DNA of 64,000 nt from Acidimicrobiales bacterium (GCA_038206295.1 JBBRAZ010000005.1:50447-114446), one strand, 5' to 3'; counted from the stretch's first letter, positions 1-9,225 are shown. The notes: generated by a model not told the origin, from the sequence alone. Translations and numbers: made by a program.

Positions 1-2
1 AT

Positions 3-1316
3 CACCTCGACGAGCTGCGCCGCGACCCGATCGGCCTGCTGTGGCGGGTGCGCGAGGAGTGCGGCGACGTCGGCTCGTTCGGCCTCGGCGCCAACGACGT
101 CGTGCTGCTCACCGGACCGGAGGCCAACGAGGTGTTCTTCCGCGCCGAGGAGGAGGTCCTCGACCAAGCCGAGGCGTACCCGTTCATGAAGCCGGTGTTC
201 GGCGAGGGCGTGGTGTTCGACGCCTCGCCCGAGCGCCGACGCGAGATGCTCCACAACCAGGCGTTGCGCGACAAGTTCATGCGCGGCCACGCGGAGACCA
301 TCGCCGCGGAGGTGGAGCGCATGGTCGGCGCGTGGGACGACGAGGGCGAGATCGACCTCCTCGACTGGTTCGCCGAGCTGCTCATCTACACGTCGTCGGC
401 GTGCCTCATCGGCCAGCGGTTCCGCGAGGAGCTCGACGGCCGCTTCGCCCACCTCTTCCACGACCTGGAGCAGGGCACCGACGCCCTGGCCTTCGTCGAC
501 CCCTATGCCGACATCGCCTCGTTCCACCGCCGCGACGCGGCGCGCGTCGAGCTGGTCGAGCTCATCGAGGGGATCATGGCGCGCCGCCGCGACGAGCCGA
601 CACCGGCCGATGACGACCGCGACCTGCTCGACGTGCTGCTGTCGATCCCGAACGAGGACGGCACGCCGCGGTTCCTCGCCGATGAGGTGACCGGCATGTT
701 CATCTCGATGATGTTCGCCGGGCACCACACCACCTCGGGCACCGCGGCGTGGACCCTCATCGAGCTGCTGCGCCAACCCGACCAGATGGCGGCGGTGGTC
801 ACCGAGCTCGACGGCCTGCTCGCCGATGGCAGCGAGGTGAGCTACCAGGCGCTGCGGGCCATGCCGACGATGGAGTCCGCCATCAAGGAGGCGCTGCGGC
901 TGCACCCGCCGCTCATCCTGCTGCTGCGCCTCGCCAAGGCGGACCTGGAGGTCTGCGGCACGTACATCGCGGCGGGCAAGCTGGTGGGCGCCACCCCGGC
1001 GGTGTCCAACCGCCTGCCCGAGGTGTTCCCCGAGGCCGACGCCTTCGTTCCCGAGCGCTACCTCGACCCGCGCCAGGAGGACCTCGCCAACCCGTGGGCG
1101 TGGATCCCCTTCGGCGCCGGCCGCCACCGCTGCGTCGGCGCCGCCTTCGCCATGATGCAGCTCAAGGCCCTGTTCGGGATCTTGCTGCGGGAGTGGACCT
1201 TCGAGCTGGCGCAGGCGCCGGACACCTACCGCAACGACCACTCCAAGATGGTGGTGCAGCTCGCCCAGCCCTGCGTCGTGCGCTACCGACGCCGCACCGA
1301 CGTCGGAGCGTCGTGA
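3..1316 (+). CDS. cyp51: Cytochrome P450 CYP51 (sterol 14-alpha-demethylase family), 5' end cut by window edge
   Basis: The frame is open back to base 3 (HLDELRRDPIGLLWRVREECGDV...). It is nearly colinear with my memory of M. tuberculosis CYP51, including the heme-Cys loop FGAGRHRCVGAAFA and the C-terminus HSKMVVQLAQPCVVRYRRR. Confidence 0.93.
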   Translation, partial: HLDELRRDPIGLLWRVREECGDVGSFGLGANDVVLLTGPEANEVFFRAEEEVLDQAEAYPFMKPVFGEGVVFDASPERRREMLHNQALRDKFMRGHAETIAAEVERMVGAWDDEGEIDLLDWFAELLIYTSSACLIGQRFREELDGRFAHLFHDLEQGTDALAFVDPYADIASFHRRDAARVELVELIEGIMARRRDEPTPADDDRDLLDVLLSIPNEDGTPRFLADEVTGMFISMMFAGHHTTSGTAAWTLIELLRQPDQMAAVVTELDGLLADGSEVSYQALRAMPTMESAIKEALRLHPPLILLLRLAKADLEVCGTYIAAGKLVGATPAVSNRLPEVFPEADAFVPERYLDPRQEDLANPWAWIPFGAGRHRCVGAAFAMMQLKALFGILLREWTFELAQAPDTYRNDHSKMVVQLAQPCVVRYRRRTDVGAS

Positions 1317-1516
1317 TGGGATGGCGAATCGCGGTCGACGAGGTGCTGTGCCAGGGCCACGCGGTGTGCGAGTCCGAGGCGCCGGAGGTCTTCGAGGTGC
1401 CCAAGCACGGCAAGGTCGTCGTGCTCGACGCCACGCCTCCCGATGACCAGCGCGCCGCGGTGGCGCTCGCCGTGCAGTACTGCCCGACCCATGCCATCAC
1501 CATCCAGGAGGACTGA
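1316..1516 (+). CDS. Small ferredoxin (single-cluster, 3Fe-4S type), P450 redox partner
   Basis: 66 aa (MGWRIAVDEVLCQGHAVCESEAPEVF...QYCPTHAI) with the CxxHxxC...CP cluster motif. Its ATG overlaps the cyp51 stop (ATGA). The position matches fdx next to cyp51 in mycobacteria. Confidence 0.85.
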   Translation: MGWRIAVDEVLCQGHAVCESEAPEVFEVPKHGKVVVLDATPPDDQRAAVALAVQYCPTHAITIQED

Positions 1517-2076
1517 TGCCCAGCTACCCCCGCGCCGAGCTCGAGGAGATGGTGGAGCGCTGGCTGCAGGCCAACCGCGACGCCGAGGCCGCCGGCGACT
1601 GGAAGCCCATGGCCGAGCTGTACACGCCCGATGCCACCTACGGCTGGAGCTACGGCCCCGGAACCGACTTCATGGCCGTGGGCCGCGACCAGATCCGCGA
1701 CATCGCGCTCGGCACCGAGATGGAGGGCCTGGATGGGTGGCAGTACCCGTACGAGGAGATCCTCATCGACGAGGTCAAGGGGCAGGTCGTCGGCTTCTGG
1801 CGCCAGGTCGCCGATGCGACGCGAGCCGATGGCACCCACTACGAGATCGCCGGCATCGGCGGCTCGTGGTTCCGCTACGGCGGCGACGCCATGTGGTCGT
1901 GGCAGCGCGACTGGTTCGACTTCGGCAACGCGGCGGCGATCTTCATGGAGATGATGAGCGACGGTGCGCTGTCCGAACCGATGGTGGCGCGCATGCACCG
2001 CTCGATGGAGCCGAACCGCCCCGGCTACCACCCGGCGTTCCGAGCCCCGGTGCAGCTGTGGGAGGTGCCCGGGTGA
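1516..2076 (+). CDS. SnoaL/NTF2-like fold protein
   Basis: 186-aa ORF. Its ATG shares one nucleotide with the ferredoxin stop (TGATG). The N-terminus ELEEMVERWLQANRDAEAAGDWKPMAELYTPDATY is typical of NTF2-like proteins. Codon third positions are strongly GC. Confidence 0.7.
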   Translation: MPSYPRAELEEMVERWLQANRDAEAAGDWKPMAELYTPDATYGWSYGPGTDFMAVGRDQIRDIALGTEMEGLDGWQYPYEEILIDEVKGQVVGFWRQVADATRADGTHYEIAGIGGSWFRYGGDAMWSWQRDWFDFGNAAAIFMEMMSDGALSEPMVARMHRSMEPNRPGYHPAFRAPVQLWEVPG

Positions 2077-3563
2077 GCGCAGGCGACGGCGAGGCGCTCG
2101 CAGCGCTCGGCGACCTCGGCGTGCTGCTCGTCGACGGCGAGCTGCGCCCGGCTGGCGGCGGCGGCACGTTCACCACCGTGGACCCCACCACCGAGGAGGT
2201 GCTGGGCGCCGCGGCGGACGGCGTCGCAGCAGACCTCGACGCCGCGCTCGACGCGGCGCGCCGCGCCTTCGACGAGTCGTCGTGGAGCACCGACGTCGAG
2301 CTGCGGGCGCGGTGCCTGCGCCAGCTGCGCGACGCCATGGTCGGCCACGCCGAGGAGCTGCGCGACCTGGCGGTGTGCGAGGTCGGGGCGCCCGTCTTCC
2401 TCACCAGCGGCGCGCACCTCGAGGCCCCCGTGCAGGACCTGGGGTGGATGGCGGATCTGGCCGAGTCCTACGAGTGGCAGCGCGACCTCGGCGAGGCGGC
2501 CCCGATGGGCATGCCCACGCACCGCTACGTCGTGCGCGAGGCCGCCGGGGTGGTGGGCGCCATCACGCCGTGGAACTTCCCCAACCAGATCAACCTGGCC
2601 AAGGTCGGCCCGGCGCTCGCCGCGGGCTGCACCGTGGTGCTGAAGCCGGCGCCCGACACGCCGTGGTGCGCGTCCGCGCTCGCTCGCCTCGCGGCGACCG
2701 AGACCGACCTGCCGCCCGGCGTGCTCAACATCGTGACGTCCTCGGATCACGCGCTGGGCGCGCAGCTGGCAGCCGATCCTCGCGTGGACCTCGTCTCGTT
2801 CACCGGCTCGACGGCGACGGGCCGATCGGTGATGCGCAGCGCAGCCGAGCGCATCGGCCGGGTGTTCCTCGAGCTGGGCGGCAAGTCGGCGGTCCTCGTG
2901 CTCGACGACGCCGACCTGGCCGCTGCCTGCTCGCTCGCCGCGTTCACCGCCTCGACCCACGCCGGCCAGGGCTGCGCCATCACCACGCGCCTGGTGGTGC
3001 CTCGTGCTCGCTACGACGAGGCCGTCGAGGCCGCGGCGGCGACGATGGGCGCGCTCGGGGCGAAGGATCCGCGCGAGCCCGGCACCGTGTGCGGGCCGCT
3101 CATCTCCGCTCGCCAGCGCGAGCGCGTCGAGGGCTACCTGGCCCTGGCGTTGGCCGAGGGCGGCACGTTCGCCTGCGGTGGCGGGCGGCCCGAGGGAAGC
3201 GAGCGCGGCTTCTTCGTGGAGCCGACGGTGATCGCCGGGCTCGACAACGGCTCACGTGTCGCGCGCGAGGAGATCTTCGGCCCGGTGCTGACGGTCATCG
3301 CGCACGACGGTGACGACGACGCGGTGCGCATCGCCAACGACTCGCCGTACGGCCTGTCGGGCGCGATCAGCTCGGGCGACGAGGAGCGGGCGTGGTCCGT
3401 GGCGCGCCGGGTGCGAACCGGGACGATGAGCATCAACGGCGGCGTCTGGTACGCCGGCGACGTCCCCTTCGGTGGGTACAAGCAATCCGGCATCGGCCGG
3501 GAGATGGGCGTGGCCGGCTTCGAGGAGCACCTCGAGACCAAGGCCGTGGCCGTCGGGATCTGA
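2073..3563 (+). CDS. NAD(P)-dependent aldehyde dehydrogenase
   Basis: GTG start overlaps the upstream stop (GTGA). ALDH motifs present: ITPWNFP, FTGSTATG, ELGGKSA, catalytic-Cys region HAGQGCA, EEIFGPVL. The longer track ORF (1443..) overlaps upstream genes and was rejected. Confidence 0.9.
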   Translation: MSAGDGEALAALGDLGVLLVDGELRPAGGGGTFTTVDPTTEEVLGAAADGVAADLDAALDAARRAFDESSWSTDVELRARCLRQLRDAMVGHAEELRDLAVCEVGAPVFLTSGAHLEAPVQDLGWMADLAESYEWQRDLGEAAPMGMPTHRYVVREAAGVVGAITPWNFPNQINLAKVGPALAAGCTVVLKPAPDTPWCASALARLAATETDLPPGVLNIVTSSDHALGAQLAADPRVDLVSFTGSTATGRSVMRSAAERIGRVFLELGGKSAVLVLDDADLAAACSLAAFTASTHAGQGCAITTRLVVPRARYDEAVEAAAATMGALGAKDPREPGTVCGPLISARQRERVEGYLALALAEGGTFACGGGRPEGSERGFFVEPTVIAGLDNGSRVAREEIFGPVLTVIAHDGDDDAVRIANDSPYGLSGAISSGDEERAWSVARRVRTGTMSINGGVWYAGDVPFGGYKQSGIGREMGVAGFEEHLETKAVAVGI

Positions 3564-3580
3564 GCGAGGGAGCGCAGCAC

Positions 3581-4333
3581 ATGGGCAGGCACGACTTCTC
3601 GGGCAAGGTGAGCATCGTCACCGGCTCGGCGGGCGGCATCGGCGAGGCGTACGCGCGTGCGCTTGCCGATGCCGGGGCGTCGGTGGTGATCGCCGACATC
3701 GACGAGGCGAAGGCGGCCGCGGTGGCGGCGTCGATCGTCGACGGCGGCGGCTCGGCGATCGCCGTGCGCGTGGACGTCAGCGACGAGGCGTCGACGCAGG
3801 CCATGGCGGCCGCCACGGTCGACGCGTTCGGGGGCATCGACCACCTGGTGAACAACGCGGCGATCTACGGCGACATGAAGATCGACGGGCTGCTCAGCAT
3901 CGACTGGGACTACTACCGCCGGTTCATGGCGGTGAACATGGATGGCGCGCTGCTGTGCACGCGGGCGTGCCGCGATGAGCTGGTGAAGCGCAAGGGCTCG
4001 ATCGTCAACCAGTCGTCGACCGCGGCGTGGGTGTACGCCGGCTTCTACGGGCTGGCCAAGGTCGGCGTCAACGGCCTCACGCAGCAGCTGGCGCAGGAGC
4101 TCGGCTGGGCGAAGGTGCGGGTCAACGCCATCGCGCCGGGACCGATCGACACCGACGCCACGCGCAACGTGGTGCCCGCCGAGATGGTGGACGCCATCGT
4201 GGCCGGCCTCGCCATCAAGCGGCGCGGCACGCCCGATGACCTGGTGGGCACGTGCCTGTTCCTGCTGTCGGACGAGTCGCGGTGGATGACCGGCCAGATC
4301 ATCGCCGTCGACGGCGGACAGGTGATCCGATGA
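3581..4333 (+). CDS. Short-chain dehydrogenase/reductase (SDR)
   Basis: KVSIVTGSAGGIGEAYA Rossmann motif, NNAA motif, YGLAKVGV (YxxxK). The ATG at 3581 follows the ALDH stop by 17 nt. Confidence 0.88.
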   Translation: MGRHDFSGKVSIVTGSAGGIGEAYARALADAGASVVIADIDEAKAAAVAASIVDGGGSAIAVRVDVSDEASTQAMAAATVDAFGGIDHLVNNAAIYGDMKIDGLLSIDWDYYRRFMAVNMDGALLCTRACRDELVKRKGSIVNQSSTAAWVYAGFYGLAKVGVNGLTQQLAQELGWAKVRVNAIAPGPIDTDATRNVVPAEMVDAIVAGLAIKRRGTPDDLVGTCLFLLSDESRWMTGQIIAVDGGQVIR

Positions 4334-5250
4334 TGGCGCGGGGCGTCGAGCGCTCGCCGGCCGCGGTCGGCTTCATCGGCCTCGGGCAGATCGGCGCGCC
4401 GATGGCCACGCACCTGCTGGGGTGGCCCGGCGGGCTCGTGGTGCACGACCTCCGCCCCGAGGCGGTGGAGCCCCTGGTGCGCGGGGGAGCGACGGAGGCC
4501 GAGTCGATCGCCGCGCTGGCGTCGGTGTGCGGGGTCATCTCGGTCATGGTGCGCGACGACGACCAGGTGTGGGACGTCGTGGCCGGTCCCGAGCGCGACG
4601 GCACCGCCGGCATCCTCGCCAGCGCGGCGCCCGGCACGGTCGTCGCGGTGCACTCCACGATCGGGGCGGACACCGCCGAGGCGCTCGAGGAGCTGGCCCG
4701 TCGCTTCGACGTGCACGTGGTCGACGCGCCGGTGAGCGGCGGGTTCATGGGCGCGCACGCCGGGACCTTGGCGGTGCTCGTGGGCGGCGACTCGCTGGCG
4801 GTCGACCGCTGCCGGCCGACGTTCGACCTGTGGGCCGGCCTCGTGGTCCACCTCGGGCGGATCGGCAACGGCACCCGCGGGAAGCTGGCGCGTAACCTCC
4901 TGCACTTCGTGGCCTTCGGCGCCGCGTTCGAGGCGTCGCGGCTGGCAGAGGCGGCCGGGCTCGACCTCCAGCTCCTGGCGCAGGTGGTGAAGCACTCCGA
5001 CGCCATCACCGGCGGGCCGGGGGCGATCTTGGTGCGGCGCGCCACGGGGCCTCTGGCTGCCGATGATCCGCTGCGGCCGATCTTCGAGCACACGCGGGAC
5101 CTGGGGGAGAAGGACCTGCGCCTGGCGCTCGAGCTCGGTGCCGAGCTCGGGGTGGATCTGCCGCTGGGCACGCTGGCGCTCGAGGTGCTGGCGGACGGCC
5201 TCGGCGTGGGGCGCAGCGATGGCAGCGACGAGGAGGGGAGCAGCACGTGA
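4330..5250 (+). CDS. NAD(P)-binding 3-hydroxyisobutyrate/6-phosphogluconate dehydrogenase-family oxidoreductase
   Basis: VGFIGLGQIGAPMATHL dinucleotide-binding N-terminus and VDAPVSGG motif. The ATG overlaps the SDR stop (ATGATG). Confidence 0.85.
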   Translation: MMARGVERSPAAVGFIGLGQIGAPMATHLLGWPGGLVVHDLRPEAVEPLVRGGATEAESIAALASVCGVISVMVRDDDQVWDVVAGPERDGTAGILASAAPGTVVAVHSTIGADTAEALEELARRFDVHVVDAPVSGGFMGAHAGTLAVLVGGDSLAVDRCRPTFDLWAGLVVHLGRIGNGTRGKLARNLLHFVAFGAAFEASRLAEAAGLDLQLLAQVVKHSDAITGGPGAILVRRATGPLAADDPLRPIFEHTRDLGEKDLRLALELGAELGVDLPLGTLALEVLADGLGVGRSDGSDEEGSST

Positions 5251-5639
5251 GCGAGGATCCACGACGGGCCCGGGGGCTCGAGCAGATGAAGGCCGTCTAC
5301 GGCTGGGACATCGGCGAGGTGCACGGCGACTTCCTGGCCGCGACCGTCGACCACCTCTTCGGCGACGTGTGGGCGCGCGACGGCATGTCGCTGCGAGAGC
5401 GGCGGCTGCTGCTGCTCGGCGTGCTGGCCGGGCAGGGCAAGGGCGACGTGCTGGGCATCCAGGTGGACGCCGCGCTGCGCCAGGGCGACCTGACGCCCGA
5501 TGACCTCGAGGACGTGGTGCAGCTCGTGGCGCACTACGCCGGGTGGCCGATGGGGGCGACGCTGAACCAGATCGTGATGGAGGCGGTGGCGCGGAACCAG
5601 CCGCCGACCGACGCGGCGGCCGACGGCGACGAGGCCTGA
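5247..5639 (+). CDS. Carboxymuconolactone decarboxylase (CMD/AhpD-like) family protein
   Basis: 130 aa. GTG start overlaps the upstream stop (GTGA). The sequence DHLFGDVWARDGMSLRERRLLLLGVL...VAHYAGWP is typical of the CMD family. Confidence 0.8.
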   Translation: MSEDPRRARGLEQMKAVYGWDIGEVHGDFLAATVDHLFGDVWARDGMSLRERRLLLLGVLAGQGKGDVLGIQVDAALRQGDLTPDDLEDVVQLVAHYAGWPMGATLNQIVMEAVARNQPPTDAAADGDEA

Positions 5640-5655
5640 TGGGGGACCGGCGCTG

Positions 5656-6978
5656 ATGTCCGTCGAGGACCTGGGGCGCGCCGAGCTGGCGACCCTCGTG
5701 CGCGAGCACCTGCTCGCCGGGCACCTCATCGACCGCGCCGGCATGCCGCACGTGCTGGGGGCGCACGGCGCCGATGGCATGGGTGCGGTCGCCATCGACG
5801 AGTGGATGGGCGCCAGCCCCGTGTACTCGCGACGGATGCGCACGCTGCTGCGCATCGAGGGCGACGACGTCGAGGCGATCTTCAAGGGGATGCAGCTCGA
5901 CATCGGGGCGCCGCCGCAGTTCCTCGACTTCCGCTACGAGGTGATCGACGCCACCCGCGGCGAGTTCCGCTTGGCGAGCTGCGGCGCGCTGCTGGACGCG
6001 GAGCCGATGGGCGACGAGATCGTGCACCTCATGTGCCACACCATCGAGGACCCGACGATGGACGCCACCGCGTGGGCCACGAACCCGCGAGCGCGGATGC
6101 GCCCGGCGCACCGGCCGCCGCGGGTGCCCGGCGAGCACGAGGAGCACTGCCGGTGGGTGGTGACGATCGACCCGGAGGTGGAGCCGGTGCCCGAGCCGGC
6201 GCCGGTGGCGCGCGTGCTCGCCACGCAGGCCGCTCAGCTGCCGCTGGCGGACCCCGGCGCGGTGCGGTCGCTCGCAGGTGACGACGAGGGGGCGACCGCT
6301 TACGACGGTGCGCTGCAGGACGACATCGACCTGGCGGGGTTCGCTCGCCCGACGTTGGTGGCGGTCGACGACGAGGTGTGCCTGCAAGGGCACCTGCTGG
6401 TGCTGTCGGGGCTGATCGCGGTCGCGGAGCGCTGGGGGCACGAGCTGGCGACCGAGGTCGGGGTGCAGCAGCTGGTGGGATCTGCCGGGGTGGTGGCCGA
6501 GCGCCTGGTGAGCGCTCGGGGGCTCGCTATGCCGGGTGGCGGCGGCGTCGGGGGCGCCGAGGGGGGCGTGGGAGCCGCGGGCGCGATCGTCGAGCTGCTG
6601 GCGCTGCACCCGGCGCTCCTGCCGCAGCGGTACACCGGCGTGACGGTGGAGGCCGTGGACGCTGTCGGCGACGTGGCTGCGGGCGGGAGCGGCGCGACGG
6701 TGCGCCTGCGCCTCGCGGCCGACGCGCCAGCCCTCGCCGAAGCCGCGCCGGGCGGGTGGCTGATGCTGCTGGCGGACCCGGCCAGCGGAGCGGATGTGGC
6801 GCTCGATGCCATCGTGGCGGCGGTCGACCCGACGGCTCGGATGCGCCGCGTGGAGCCCGCCGTCGGCGACGCCGTCACGTGGGAGCTCGCCCACGACGTC
6901 GCACCGCTGCCCGAGCCGGGCGTCGTCTCGGTGGTGCGGTTCAGCACCGGCGCCGAGTTCCGCTTCGACGACCGCTGA
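5656..6978 (+). CDS. Hypothetical protein; Cys/His-containing N-terminal domain plus Ala/Gly-rich C-terminal half
   Basis: 440-aa ORF starting 16 nt after the CMD gene on the same strand. I recognise no family. The N-terminal ~190 aa look globular (…CGALLDAEPMGDEIVHLMCHTIEDP…EHCRWVV). Confidence 0.55.
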   Translation: MSVEDLGRAELATLVREHLLAGHLIDRAGMPHVLGAHGADGMGAVAIDEWMGASPVYSRRMRTLLRIEGDDVEAIFKGMQLDIGAPPQFLDFRYEVIDATRGEFRLASCGALLDAEPMGDEIVHLMCHTIEDPTMDATAWATNPRARMRPAHRPPRVPGEHEEHCRWVVTIDPEVEPVPEPAPVARVLATQAAQLPLADPGAVRSLAGDDEGATAYDGALQDDIDLAGFARPTLVAVDDEVCLQGHLLVLSGLIAVAERWGHELATEVGVQQLVGSAGVVAERLVSARGLAMPGGGGVGGAEGGVGAAGAIVELLALHPALLPQRYTGVTVEAVDAVGDVAAGGSGATVRLRLAADAPALAEAAPGGWLMLLADPASGADVALDAIVAAVDPTARMRRVEPAVGDAVTWELAHDVAPLPEPGVVSVVRFSTGAEFRFDDR

Positions 6979-7077
6979 GCCGGGCGGTCAACGAGTCGCT
7001 GCAGAGGCCTGGGGGCTACGGTCAGGCGCGGAGCCGCACACCGCGCTCGGGCAGCGACGTGCCGATAGGGTCCGCTC

Positions 7078-7533
7078 GTGGCCGACCGCGAACCCGATGC
7101 CGACACAGACGACGACACCGACGCCGACCAGCTGGACGATCCCGAGGCCCTCGCCGTCCTCGAGGTGCAGCGCCGGTTCTACGAGGCGTTCGAATCCCGC
7201 GATCTCGACGCCATGTCGGAGGTCTGGGAGCACAGCGATCGCGTCACCTGCGCCCACCCGGGATGGGCGCCGCTGCACGGCTGGGGCGCGGTCGTGGCGT
7301 CGTGGCTCGGCATCTTCTCGGGTCCGCAGCGCCTCCAGTTCATCGTCACCGACGAGCGCGCCGTCGTCGCCGGCGACATCGCGTGGGTGACCGCCGAGGA
7401 GAACCTCCTCGACGGCGCGGACGGGGCGGCGGTGGCCGCGATCAACCTCTACGCCCGCGACGACGAGGGGCGGTGGCGCATGGTCGCCCACCAGGGCGGT
7501 CCGGTCAGCCCCGAGGCGCCCCGCCAGCGCTGA
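7078..7533 (+). CDS. SnoaL-like/DUF4440 (NTF2 fold) protein with acidic N-terminal tail
   Basis: The sequence LEVQRRFYEAFESRDLDAMSEVWEHSDRVTCAHPGW...GRWRMVAHQ is typical of DUF4440/SnoaL_3. GTG start. Confidence 0.75.
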   Translation: MADREPDADTDDDTDADQLDDPEALAVLEVQRRFYEAFESRDLDAMSEVWEHSDRVTCAHPGWAPLHGWGAVVASWLGIFSGPQRLQFIVTDERAVVAGDIAWVTAEENLLDGADGAAVAAINLYARDDEGRWRMVAHQGGPVSPEAPRQR

Positions 7534-7649
7534 AGGTTTCCGGCGCCTGGCGTCTGCTGAGGAGGCCGGTGGGCGGTCGGCCCGACCACCCCGGTAGGCT
7601 CCGAATCGTCCGGCGGGCTGTCGCGGACGAGGGACCGAGGGGGTCGACC

Positions 7650-9056
7650 ATGACCGACACTGCTGATCGCACCGACCACGCGACCGCGTACGCCGAGGTG
7701 GTGCAGGGGGTCCGCGACGTCTACGCGTCCGGCCGCACCCGACCCATCTCGTGGCGCAAGGCGCAGCTCGACGGGATCCTTCGGATCCTCGTCGACCACG
7801 AGGACGAGCTCGTCGCGGCCCTTGCTGAGGACCTGGGCCGCCCCGGCGCCGAGGCCTTCCTCGCCGACATCGGCCACGCCCGCGTCGAGGTCAAGTACCT
7901 GCGCAAGCACGTCGCCGACTGGGCGAAGCCGCAGAAGGTGAACCCGGGCCTCACGTCGCAGCCGGGCAAGGGACGCATCATCGCCGAGCCCCTCGGCGTG
8001 GCGCTGATCATCGCCCCGTGGAACTACCCGGTGCAGCTCCTACTCGAGCCCCTCGCCGCCGCGGTCGCCGCCGGCAACTGCGTCGTGGCCAAGCCATCGG
8101 AGCTGGCGCCGGCGTGCTCGGCGGTGCTCGCCCGCCTCATCCCGCGCTACCTCGACGACGAGGCGGTCGTGGTGGTCGAGGGCGCGGTGCCCGAGACGAC
8201 AGCCCTGCTCGAGCAGCAGTTCGATCACATCTTCTTCACCGGGTCGACCGATGTCGGTCGCATCGTCATGCGCGCTGCGGCCGAGCACCTCACGCCGGTC
8301 ACCCTCGAGCTCGGTGGCAAGAGCCCGACCATCGTCGCCGCCGATGCCGACCTCGACGTCGCTGCCCGCCGCATCGCCTGGGGCAAGCTCCTGAACGCCG
8401 GCCAGACGTGCATCGCGCCTGACTACGTGCTGGCCGAGCGCTCCATCCGCGACGAGCTCGTCGACAAGATCGGCAAGGCCATCGACGGCTTCTACAAGGG
8501 CGACCCGAAGACGTCGGTCGACTACGGCCGCATCGTCAACGAGCGCCACCTCGGCCGCCTCCAGGGCCTGCTGGCGGACCACGGCGGCACCGTCGCCCTC
8601 GGCGGCGACGTCGACGAGAGCACGAAGTACCTGGCGCCGACGGTCGTGATCGACCCCGACGTCGACAGCAAGCTGATGAACGAGGAGATCTTCGGCCCGA
8701 TCCTGCCGGTGCTCGCCGTCGATTCGGTCGAGGAGGCCATCGGCTTCGTCACCGCCCGCCCCAAGCCGCTCGCGCTCTACGTCTACAGCCGCTCCGACGC
8801 GCTGGTCGACGACGTGCTGGCGCGGACCTCCTCGGGCGGCGCGTGCGTCAACCACTGCCTGATGCACATCGTGTCGGACAAGCTCCCGTTCGGCGGCGTG
8901 GGCCCGTCGGGCATGGGCGCCTACCACGGCAAGTCGGGCTTCGACGTCTTCAGCCACCACAAGTCGGTGCTGATCAAGTCCACGCGCCCGGACCCGCCGA
9001 TCATGTACCCGCCGTACACGGCGCTGGCCCAGAAGCTGATGCGCAAGCTCTTCTGA
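7650..9056 (+). CDS. Class-3-like (fatty/aromatic) aldehyde dehydrogenase
   Basis: Motifs IAPWNYP, FTGSTDVGR, ELGGKSP, NAGQTCIAPDY (catalytic Cys) and EEIFGPILP. ATG at 7650 lies within the longer track ORF. Confidence 0.9.
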   Translation: MTDTADRTDHATAYAEVVQGVRDVYASGRTRPISWRKAQLDGILRILVDHEDELVAALAEDLGRPGAEAFLADIGHARVEVKYLRKHVADWAKPQKVNPGLTSQPGKGRIIAEPLGVALIIAPWNYPVQLLLEPLAAAVAAGNCVVAKPSELAPACSAVLARLIPRYLDDEAVVVVEGAVPETTALLEQQFDHIFFTGSTDVGRIVMRAAAEHLTPVTLELGGKSPTIVAADADLDVAARRIAWGKLLNAGQTCIAPDYVLAERSIRDELVDKIGKAIDGFYKGDPKTSVDYGRIVNERHLGRLQGLLADHGGTVALGGDVDESTKYLAPTVVIDPDVDSKLMNEEIFGPILPVLAVDSVEEAIGFVTARPKPLALYVYSRSDALVDDVLARTSSGGACVNHCLMHIVSDKLPFGGVGPSGMGAYHGKSGFDVFSHHKSVLIKSTRPDPPIMYPPYTALAQKLMRKLF

Positions 9057-9078
9057 GCCCACCCCCTGCGCCCCCACC

Positions 9079-9194
9079 TCTGTGCGTACCTGAGTGAGCG
9101 TTTCGCGCACGCACCTACGCATGGACGCCCGGCTCGGCATCTGTGCGTACCTGAGTGCGCGTTTCGCGCACGCACCTACGCATAGACGCCCGGC
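9079..9194. repeat. Two tandem copies (61-bp period) of a hairpin-forming intergenic repeat
   Basis: tctgtgcgtacctgagtg(a/c)gcgtttcgcgcacgcacctacgcat(g/a)gacgcccggc occurs at 9079 and 9140 with only two differences. Each copy has imperfect inverted arms, tgcgtacctgagtg / cacgcacctacgca. Confidence 0.85.
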
Positions 9195-9225
9195 ATGGGG
9201 CGGAGTCGCTCGGTAGCCTCCGGCC

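Noticed and set aside
4045-6894. 949-aa minus-strand ORF. Similar giant ORFs: 12258..14498 (+), 17906..20488 (-), 22075..24873 (+), 32516..34549 (+), 46016..49984 (+), 54744..56660 (+), 61061..63982 (-).
   Set aside because: All lie antisense to, or out of frame with, CDSs that have clear family motifs. Their translations are monotonous Arg/Ala/Gly/Pro/His-rich strings without motifs. Stop-codon depletion on non-coding frames is expected in very GC-rich DNA.
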